Part shown: piece after piece, positions 56,519 through 64,000 of the stretch
Position numbering within the stretch: the first letter of the stretch is position 1
Layout: every line of letters begins with the position of its first letter
Source of the DNA: Bacillus subtilis subsp. subtilis str. 168
GTDB taxonomy: Bacteria > Bacillota > Bacilli > Bacillales > Bacillaceae
Length of the DNA stretch: 64,000 nucleotides
Reading direction: 5' to 3'
Assembly: GCF_000009045.1 (NCBI RefSeq)
Contig: NC_000964.3
Location: 3,224,001 to 3,288,000, forward strand
Program-made: the position numbers and the translations under genes
The notes under the pieces: model-generated
The model's database searches: none
Told to the model about the DNA's origin: nothing
Seen by the model: only the letters and a program-made list of their open reading frames with translations

Positions 56519-59500
56519 TTATTTATTCAACTCTTCCAATTTGACAGCGAGAACCTTGCCGATTTGAGCCAGAGGTTCAGGCTGACATAAATCTTTATGA
56601 CGGCAGTCGATGTCGATTTGTTCAATCTGTCCGTTAATATAAGGCTTCCACGAGTCAGGTTCAATCGGGTCAAACCATTCAGGAATGATTGTTGATCTGA
56701 AAAACAAAACATTTCCGCGGAAGGTTTTCGGCTTATAGGAACCTAAAATGCCGACAGAATTTACATACGTATTCTTCAAATTTAAAATGACCGTTTCATC
56801 CAGGCTCGCAAGCGCACTGCCGTCACGGCGAAGAATCTCAATCGCCGCTTCAAAATCTAGCGGTTTTTCCCCTAAGCTGTCTGGATCATACCCGCCTAAC
56901 GCCAGAAGGGCAATAAGCGCTTCCTCATCATCCGGTGCCTCTTTTATAGGAAGGAAGTGGTTCGGATAGGCGTCCAGCATCACCAACAGGGATACTTCTT
57001 CTCCTTGATTTTGCAGCTGGGTAGCCATCGCTTGAACGACATTCCCGCCCAGGGACCAGCCCAGCAGATGGTACGGGCCTTTTGGCTGGACCGTTCGGAT
57101 TTGTTTAATGTAATCGGCAGCCATGTCATCAAGTGTTTTCGGAAGCTCCTCGCGCTGCCCGATTCCCCGTGCCTGCAAGCCGTAGATCGGATAATCTGTT
57201 CCTATATTGGTCATCAAACCGGCATAACACCAGCTGAGCCCCCCTGCCGGATGAACACAGAATAAAGGAGGCTTGTCTCCGCTTGTTCGGAGCGGCAGCA
57301 GAACGTCAAGAGCGCTTTGGCTTGATCCCATTTCAAGTCTTTCAGCGAGCCCGGCTACAGTAGGTGCTTCGAACAAGTTGCCGATGCTGAGTTCAACGCC
57401 GAGCGCTTCACGAATGCGGCTCATGAGCTGTACAGCAAGCAAGGAATGTCCGCCTAAATCAAAGAAACGGTCATCAATGCCGACACGCGGCAAGTGAAGC
57501 ACCTCCATAAAGAGGTCACAGAGAATTTCTTCCTGCGGCGTTCTCGGTCCTCGTCCTGTCACTGCCGCTGCGAAATCCGGAGCGGGCAGCGCTTTACGAT
57601 CAAGCTTTCCATTCGGTGTCAGCGGCAATTCTTTCATCGTCACAAAGGCAGCAGGCACCATGTAATCCGGCAGTCTCTCAGCAGCATATCTGCGCAGTTC
57701 CGCCGTATCAAATGTTTCTTCCGAAGGGATGACATAAGCTGCTAACCGTTTATCTCCCGGCTGATCCTCACGAACGATCACTGCCGCATCTTCAAGCTGC
57801 GGATGCTGAACAAGCGCGGCTTCAATTTCTCCCAATTCAATCCGGAATCCCCGAATTTTCACTTGATGGTCTGCACGGCCGACATAGTCGAGAGAACCGT
57901 CAGCGCGGAGGCGGGCCACATCCCCAGTGCGGTACATCCGGGTGCCTGGAGGACCGAACGGATCAGCTATGAAGCGTTCAGATGTTAAACCAGGCCGGCC
58001 TAGATAACCTCGTGCTAACCCCGCTCCTGATACATACAGCTCTCCGGCAACACCCGGCGGGACCGGCTGCAGGCGTTCATCCAGCACGTATACACCAAGA
58101 TCGGGAATGCCGCAGCCGATCAAGCTGTTTGCCCGTAAAGCTGCCATGCTTCGGTCTAATTCGATATAGCTCACATGCACCGTCGTTTCTGTAATACCAT
58201 ACATATTGATAAGCTGCGGTCTATTTTCAGGGTGGCGGTTGTACCAATCCTCTAAACGGCTGAGTTCAAGCGCTTCTCCGCCAAAAATGACATAGCGCAG
58301 ACTGAGTGCCTGTCCGAGATCCGGCTGTTCCCGTTCCGCCTGCATAAACTGATAGAAAGCAGACGGTGTCTGGTTCAGAACAGTCACCCCCTCTTTGACA
58401 AGCAGGCGCAGAAACGCTTCTGGCGATCTGCTGACGTGGTGAGGCACGATTACAAGACGTCCGCCATGCAGCAGAGGACCCCAGATCTCCCACACCGAAA
58501 AATCAAACGCATAGGAATGGAACATGGTCCAGATATCACCTGAGCTGAAACGGAACCAGTGCTCGGTCGCTGCAAATAAACGTGTTACATTTTGGTGAGG
58601 AATCATCACACCTTTTGGAACACCTGTTGAGCCGGATGTATAAATGACATATGCCGTATTCAAAGGGGAAAGCGGCTGAGTCCTATCCTTATTTTTTGGA
58701 TTACCTGCAGGGTACGTGTTTAGTTTCTCTGCCAGCTCGGGATCATCCAGCACGATTTTCGGCACGTTTTCAACTGGCGGAATGTGATTTGCAGCTTTAG
58801 TGTTCGTCATGATAAACGCAGGCTGTGCATCTTTTAGCATAAAAGCAATTCGATCAGCCGGATAATCCGGATCAAGAGGGAGATAAGCTGCCCCGGCCTT
58901 TAGCACCGCCAATAGGCCGACAGCCATTTCCAACGATCGGGGCAGTGCCAATGCCACAAATTGCTCCGGCCCGACACCTTCACTAATCATCATTCGGGCA
59001 AGCCGGTTTGCTCTTTCATTCAGCTCTGCATAGCTCAGTTCCTGATTTTCATATACAACGGCAATGGCATCAGGACGTAAAGCAGCCTGCTTCTCAAATT
59101 GCTCTGGCAAACATGCGTGCGGAATCTTTTCAGATACACTTTGCCAATCAGTCACCATGCTGCTGTGTTCCTCTGGCGCAAGAATATCCAGATTTCCGAT
59201 TTGCTCGTCAGGATCAGACTCGGCAGCCTCCAACAGGCGCATCAATCGGTCAGCAAGAGCCTGAGCAGTTTCCCGTTTGAAAAGATCAGTGCTGTATTCA
59301 AGCAGTCCTTCCATTCCGTTTGGTGTCCCGTCAGCAAGGCGATCTTCACTAATTTCCAGCGTCAAATCAAACTTGGCAGAACCGACACTGTTGATTCGCA
59401 GGCTGCTCTCCATATCAGGAAGATGCAGTTCAGCGTCCGGTGTGTTTTGGAACGCAAGCATGATTTGGAATAAAGGATGCGTCGCACGCGAACGAGCCGG

Positions 59501-62500
59501 ATTGAGCACCTCTACAAGTCTCTCAAACGGCAGATCCTGATTGTCATAGGCGGCCAGATTCACTTCCCGTACTCTGTCTAGAAGCTCACGAAAGCTTGGG
59601 TCACCGGACGTATCAGTTCTGAGCACCAATGTATTAATGAACAGCCCTACAAGATCGCCCAGCGCATCATCATTCCGTCCCGCGATCGGACTGCCGATCG
59701 GAATGTCGGTGCCCGCCCCGAGCCTTGTCAATAAAGCGGCGAGACCGGATTGAAGCACCATAAACAGGCTCACCCTATTTGCGCGAGCCAGCTCCTGCAA
59801 TCGCTTGTGAAACTCGGGCTCAATACGAAAATGAATCGTATCTCCATCATGACTCGGCTCAGCCGGACGTGAATAATCGGTTGGCAGTTCAAGCTGATCA
59901 GGCAGGTTTTTCAAGGTTTCTTTCCAGAAAGCAAGCTGTCCGGCAATCAAGCTATTTGGATCATCCTCGTTTCCAAGCAGTTCTTGCTGCCAAAGCGCAT
60001 AGTCTGCATACTGCACAGCAAGAGGCGCCCATTCGGGAGATCGTCCGTGGCAGCGAGCCGCATAAGCTGTCCCAAGGTCTCTGGTCAGCGGTGTTAAGGA
60101 CCAGCCGTCCCCGACAATATGATGGACGAGAAGAAGCAGCACGTACTCGTCAGGACCGATCACAAAAAGCTCGGCACGAAAAGCAGGTTCAGCTGCAAGA
60201 TCAAAGCTGTAGCGTACAGCTTCGGCAAGCCGATCAGAAAGCTCCTTCTCAGCAATTTCAGTAACATGTAACTCGGGACAGGCTCGATCGGCATCTAAAA
60301 TATGCTGATAGGATGTCCCCTGTGATTCAGGGAAGATCGTCCGAAGACTTTCATGACGGCAGACGAGGTCATAAAGTGCCGCTTTCAGCAATCCTTGATC
60401 CAACTCACCTGACAAACGGACAGCAACCGGAATATTATAAGTAGGACTCGGTCCTTCCAGACAATGCAGGAACCATAGCCGGCGCTGGGCAAATGAGAGC
60501 GGGATCTTTTCAGGCCGCTCAGCTCTCTGCAAAGCGGGACATGCACTCTGCGCCAAATCAAGATGGGCAGCGAGTCCGGCTACTGTCGGTTCGTCAAAGA
60601 GCTTGGCGATACCAAGTTCGGCTCCCATTACCTCGCGAATGCGGCTCATCAGACGGGCTGCAAGAAGAGAATGGCCCCCAAGCTCGAAGAAACTGTCATC
60701 GATACCGACGCGTGCCAAACCGAGAACCTCTGCAAACAAGTCACACAATATCTCTTCCTGAGGAGTCCGCGGGGCCCGATCACTGACAGATGTGCTGAAG
60801 TCTGGTGCCGGCAGTGCTTTCCGGTCAAGCTTGCCATTAGGTGTTAACGGCAGCTCGTCCATCTCCACAAACGCCGACGGTACCATATAATCAGGAAGAC
60901 TAGCCCCCATATAACGACGAAGCTCTGCAGTATCAATAGCAGCATCAGCGACTACATAAGCCGCCAATCGTTTGTCTCCCGGCTGATCTTCCCGTACGAC
61001 AACCGCGGCCTGTTCAATGTGCGGGTGATTGGCAAGCACGGCATCAATTTCTCCAAGTTCAATTCGGAATCCGCGAATTTTGATTTGATGATCCGCCCGC
61101 CCGATATAATCCAAAGACCCATCGGCGCGCCAGCGGGCCTGGTCTCCGGTCCGATACATCCGAGTTCCCGGCGGTCCGTATGGATCTGCAACGAAGCGCT
61201 CCGCCGTTAAATCAGGACGATGGAAATAACCTCTGGCCAAGCCGGTTCCTGCAATATAAAGCTCTCCGACAACGCCCGGCGGCACCGGCTGCAATCCATT
61301 ATCAAGCACATACACCTGCGTGTTCCAAATCGGTTTCCCAATCGGAGGAACGCCCTTCAGCCCTTCTTCAAGAAAAGCTGCGGCAGACCAAATCGTTGTT
61401 TCAGTGGGACCGTATAAGTTCGTGACTGAACAATGAAGGTCTTGAAGTTCCTGCAAAAGACCGCTCGGCAGCGCCTCGCCTCCTACAAGCACTCTAAGCC
61501 CCCGAAGTTTCTCAGGTTCACTCGTTACCAAAGCGTGCCACAGTGTCGGTGTCGCCTGCATAATGTTAATATCGAAATTTTCAATCATTTGAGCTAATGC
61601 CTGCGGCTCACGGATCGTTTCTTTCTTTGCGATCACGATTTGCGCTCCGCTAATCAGCGGAAGATATAACTCCAATGCTGAAATATCAAAAGCGACAGTC
61701 GTCACAGCCAACAGCCTGTCTTCTTCTCCTAGAGAAAATGCCTCCTGCATAGACAGCAGAAAATTGCTTAAGCTTTTCTGTGTCACAACGACTCCCTTCG
61801 GTCTTCCTGTTGATCCTGAGGTATAGATGATATACGCAGGATGGTCAAGCGAAACCGATACATCCTGATTTTCCGGCGAATAGCGTTTTATAATCTCCTG
61901 TGTAACAGCCTGATCAAGCACAAGCTCAGGTACAGCCAGGTCATCAGGCAGACTGGCTGCTATTTCCTCAGTCGTTATGATGCATGAAGGTTTCGCATCC
62001 TCCAGCATGTAAGAAATGCGGTCGGCTGGAAACTCCGGATCAAGGGGGAGATACGCCGCACCAGTCTTGAGCACACCAAGCATTGAAGCCACCATCTCAG
62101 GGGAACGCGGCAGCGCCAAAGCGACAAATTGCTCCGGACCAATCCCTTTTTCGATCAACAGACGCGCGAGGCGGTTTGCCTCTTCATTGAGCTTTCGATA
62201 GTTGACTTGAATGTCATCACACATGAGAGCGATACGTTCTGGCGTAAGAACTGCCTGCTTTTCGAACATGTCCTGAAGGCTGACCAGCTTCTCGGATTTT
62301 GCCGTCTCATTCCATTTAGAAATGACTTTTTCTTTCTCCTCTGGCAACAGAAGCTCCATTTGCCCAATCAGCATGTCCTCTCCGGCAGAAGCCGTTTGCA
62401 GCAGCTGCAAAATACGCTGCTGATGAAGCTTAATATCAGACTCACTGTATACCTCGGGATTCGCATCAACATCAATTCGCAGCCCGCTGCCGTCTGTTCT

Positions 62501-63655
62501 GTCATATACATTGATTGATAGATCATCAACAGGACCGGCTGAAAGATTATGCGTTGTGCCCCGGACGCCGGCAAAGTCGAGACCGTAATCAAACGGCATA
62601 AGATTGATTTGAGGGCCAAATAATCTATGATTTTCTCCTATCAATTTCAGATCGCGCCTAAGCTCTTCATGGCGATACTTATGATGTCGCCGAATACTGC
62701 GGATTTCCCGGGAAATTTGCTGAATCAGTTCAGAAAAGCTCATCGAAGAGCTTACCGTCAGCCGGAGCGGGAGAAGGTTCATCACCATAGCCGGTACATT
62801 CAGTGACGCGGACCCTATCCGACCCATCATGGGCAGGCCGAGCACAACATCCTCAGAGCCGGTCATACGGTGCACATAAACAGCTGACACCGCAATCATG
62901 ACTTCATGCCAGCTTCCTGAGAAATAGCGCGCCGCTTCTTTTAACGCGTTTACATCAGACGGAGGCAGATATGCCGTATGACGAAGAAAACTGTTAGATG
63001 TTCTTGGCGCCCGATCAGCCAAGCTCACAACTTCAGGTGCATCTGCAAAACGGTCCAGCCAGAATTGACGATCCTTCTCATACTGCTCTGATCCGCGATA
63101 ATCTGTATCCTCCTCCAAAATGGCCTGGAGAGACCCAAAGGAACGGCTTTTAGCTGTTTGTCCTTTTATAAGGGCAGTATATGTACTTGCCACACGCTGG
63201 GCTATCAGGGAAAAACCGAAGCCGTCGATCGCTATATGGTGAATGCGCTGATACCAAAAGAAACGATCAGGCCCGGCAATAAACAGAGCTTCATTGAACA
63301 AAGGGGCATACCCTAAATCAACCGGCTTTGCTAAATCAGCTTTCATCCAGTTTAATGCTGTTTTTTCCGGATCAGGCTCAGAGCTGACGTCAATGACGTG
63401 CAGCTGTACATCCGGAGACGGGTTTATCATCTGCCAAGGCCCGTCCATATTTTCACCGAAGCGGACATGCAGCGATTCCGCTTCCTTGATCACGTGCCGC
63501 AAAGCTTCTTCAAAAAGAGCAATATTGACTGGTCCATTGATTTCTATATATTCCGCTGTATTGTAGATTGGATTGTCCGGATCAAGCTGCTGAGCAAACC
63601 ATATGCCAGTTTGCGCCCCGGTCAAAGAATATTGAAGATCTTTTGTATCAGGCAT
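56519..63655 (-). CDS. dhbF: Bacillibactin NRPS, C-A(Gly)-T-C-A(Thr)-T-TE, 2378 aa
   Basis: C motifs HHIAIDG and HHIVGDG, two A domains (YTSGSTG, NGKLDR), two T domains (GGHSLL), TE GWSLGG. The A2 pocket reads DFWNIGMV, the Thr code. Confidence 0.97.
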   Translation of the reverse strand: MPDTKDLQYSLTGAQTGIWFAQQLDPDNPIYNTAEYIEINGPVNIALFEEALRHVIKEAESLHVRFGENMDGPWQMINPSPDVQLHVIDVSSEPDPEKTALNWMKADLAKPVDLGYAPLFNEALFIAGPDRFFWYQRIHHIAIDGFGFSLIAQRVASTYTALIKGQTAKSRSFGSLQAILEEDTDYRGSEQYEKDRQFWLDRFADAPEVVSLADRAPRTSNSFLRHTAYLPPSDVNALKEAARYFSGSWHEVMIAVSAVYVHRMTGSEDVVLGLPMMGRIGSASLNVPAMVMNLLPLRLTVSSSMSFSELIQQISREIRSIRRHHKYRHEELRRDLKLIGENHRLFGPQINLMPFDYGLDFAGVRGTTHNLSAGPVDDLSINVYDRTDGSGLRIDVDANPEVYSESDIKLHQQRILQLLQTASAGEDMLIGQMELLLPEEKEKVISKWNETAKSEKLVSLQDMFEKQAVLTPERIALMCDDIQVNYRKLNEEANRLARLLIEKGIGPEQFVALALPRSPEMVASMLGVLKTGAAYLPLDPEFPADRISYMLEDAKPSCIITTEEIAASLPDDLAVPELVLDQAVTQEIIKRYSPENQDVSVSLDHPAYIIYTSGSTGRPKGVVVTQKSLSNFLLSMQEAFSLGEEDRLLAVTTVAFDISALELYLPLISGAQIVIAKKETIREPQALAQMIENFDINIMQATPTLWHALVTSEPEKLRGLRVLVGGEALPSGLLQELQDLHCSVTNLYGPTETTIWSAAAFLEEGLKGVPPIGKPIWNTQVYVLDNGLQPVPPGVVGELYIAGTGLARGYFHRPDLTAERFVADPYGPPGTRMYRTGDQARWRADGSLDYIGRADHQIKIRGFRIELGEIDAVLANHPHIEQAAVVVREDQPGDKRLAAYVVADAAIDTAELRRYMGASLPDYMVPSAFVEMDELPLTPNGKLDRKALPAPDFSTSVSDRAPRTPQEEILCDLFAEVLGLARVGIDDSFFELGGHSLLAARLMSRIREVMGAELGIAKLFDEPTVAGLAAHLDLAQSACPALQRAERPEKIPLSFAQRRLWFLHCLEGPSPTYNIPVAVRLSGELDQGLLKAALYDLVCRHESLRTIFPESQGTSYQHILDADRACPELHVTEIAEKELSDRLAEAVRYSFDLAAEPAFRAELFVIGPDEYVLLLLVHHIVGDGWSLTPLTRDLGTAYAARCHGRSPEWAPLAVQYADYALWQQELLGNEDDPNSLIAGQLAFWKETLKNLPDQLELPTDYSRPAEPSHDGDTIHFRIEPEFHKRLQELARANRVSLFMVLQSGLAALLTRLGAGTDIPIGSPIAGRNDDALGDLVGLFINTLVLRTDTSGDPSFRELLDRVREVNLAAYDNQDLPFERLVEVLNPARSRATHPLFQIMLAFQNTPDAELHLPDMESSLRINSVGSAKFDLTLEISEDRLADGTPNGMEGLLEYSTDLFKRETAQALADRLMRLLEAAESDPDEQIGNLDILAPEEHSSMVTDWQSVSEKIPHACLPEQFEKQAALRPDAIAVVYENQELSYAELNERANRLARMMISEGVGPEQFVALALPRSLEMAVGLLAVLKAGAAYLPLDPDYPADRIAFMLKDAQPAFIMTNTKAANHIPPVENVPKIVLDDPELAEKLNTYPAGNPKNKDRTQPLSPLNTAYVIYTSGSTGVPKGVMIPHQNVTRLFAATEHWFRFSSGDIWTMFHSYAFDFSVWEIWGPLLHGGRLVIVPHHVSRSPEAFLRLLVKEGVTVLNQTPSAFYQFMQAEREQPDLGQALSLRYVIFGGEALELSRLEDWYNRHPENRPQLINMYGITETTVHVSYIELDRSMAALRANSLIGCGIPDLGVYVLDERLQPVPPGVAGELYVSGAGLARGYLGRPGLTSERFIADPFGPPGTRMYRTGDVARLRADGSLDYVGRADHQVKIRGFRIELGEIEAALVQHPQLEDAAVIVREDQPGDKRLAAYVIPSEETFDTAELRRYAAERLPDYMVPAAFVTMKELPLTPNGKLDRKALPAPDFAAAVTGRGPRTPQEEILCDLFMEVLHLPRVGIDDRFFDLGGHSLLAVQLMSRIREALGVELSIGNLFEAPTVAGLAERLEMGSSQSALDVLLPLRTSGDKPPLFCVHPAGGLSWCYAGLMTNIGTDYPIYGLQARGIGQREELPKTLDDMAADYIKQIRTVQPKGPYHLLGWSLGGNVVQAMATQLQNQGEEVSLLVMLDAYPNHFLPIKEAPDDEEALIALLALGGYDPDSLGEKPLDFEAAIEILRRDGSALASLDETVILNLKNTYVNSVGILGSYKPKTFRGNVLFFRSTIIPEWFDPIEPDSWKPYINGQIEQIDIDCRHKDLCQPEPLAQIGKVLAVKLEELNK

Positions 63656-63674
63656 CCGTTTGTTTACCCTCCTT

Positions 63675-64000
63675 TTATAAATAATCCGCGTTTGGCAGCA
63701 CTTGCTGGCTGCGAGTTGTGAGCAATTTCTGCCATTCTTCGATCGTTGGGCGTTCAGCCAATTCCACGAAAGTCACCTCTGCCCCTTCACGGCGCCATTG
63801 TTCCACCAATGTCATGATCCTTACCGAATCAAGACCACGATCGAGCAAATCCTCTTGATCTGTGATGTCTTCCGGTGTTTCTTGTAGAAGCTCAGCAATT
63901 TGTTTACGGATATTCTCACATGTAAACACGTTCTTTTTGCCAGTGTTTGCTGACGTTTTTTGAACGTCTGCCGGCGCATTCTGCAGCTGATCAAGAAGAC
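63675..64000 (-). CDS. dhbB: Isochorismatase / aryl carrier protein, C-terminal ArCP part (runs off the window end)
   Basis: The frame stays open to the window end ([14 protein letters not shown]...). Phosphopantetheine site GLDSVR. Confidence 0.94.
   Translation of the reverse strand, partial: LLDQLQNAPADVQKTSANTGKKNVFTCENIRKQIAELLQETPEDITDQEDLLDRGLDSVRIMTLVEQWRREGAEVTFVELAERPTIEEWQKLLTTRSQQVLPNADYL

Noticed and set aside
57000-63721. Many 60-160 aa ORFs on the plus strand or alternate frames inside dhbF
   Set aside because: Expected shadows of a relatively GC-rich NRPS gene. No independent translation signals.
1-64000. CRISPR array, tRNA/rRNA, prophage, IS transposase, T-box or known riboswitch
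   Set aside because: I saw no regularly spaced repeats, RNA-gene signatures, or integrase, transposase or phage ORFs. This was a visual scan only; Infernal or tRNAscan would be needed to exclude weak Rfam hits.

Overview
The window is a contiguous stretch of the Bacillus subtilis chromosome, most likely the 168 lineage. The basis is recognisable protein sequences, the 168-type ComX (mature [10 protein letters not shown]) and the weak degQ -10 allele CACACT; from memory it lies near 3.22-3.29 Mb, not verified. Gene order: yugJ (partial), yuzA, yugI, alaT/yugH, alaR/yugG, yugF, yugE, patB, kinB-kapB, kapD, yuxJ, pbpD-yuxK, a degenerate ~170-190 bp MITE-like repeat, yufK, malKR, nupNOPQ, maeN, yufS, mrpABCDEFG, yuxO, comA-comP-comX-comQ, degQ, yuzC, pdeH, pncB-pncA, yueI/H/G/F, yuzE, yuzF, yueE, the type VIIb secretion operon yukE-yukD-yukC-yukB-yueB-yueC-yueD, adeR-ald, yukJ, and the 3' end of the bacillibactin operon (mbtH-like gene, dhbF, partial dhbB). 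I saw no rRNA, tRNA, CRISPR array, prophage or transposase. Most genes are well described, so the best leads are between or at the starts of genes. These are: (1) a promoter-to-terminator unit predicting a ~115-nt RNA or attenuator upstream of the T7SS operon; (2) probable non-canonical ATT start codons for yuxJ and comQ; (3) a structured repeat inserted into a terminator with a 10-bp flanking duplication; (4) an orphan DUF2283-like gene (yuzE) near the T7SS; (5) a probable pdeH 3' extension antisense to yuzC carrying a 17-codon sORF; (6) a shared palindromic operator at adeR and ald. All family assignments are by motif recognition; no database searches were run.
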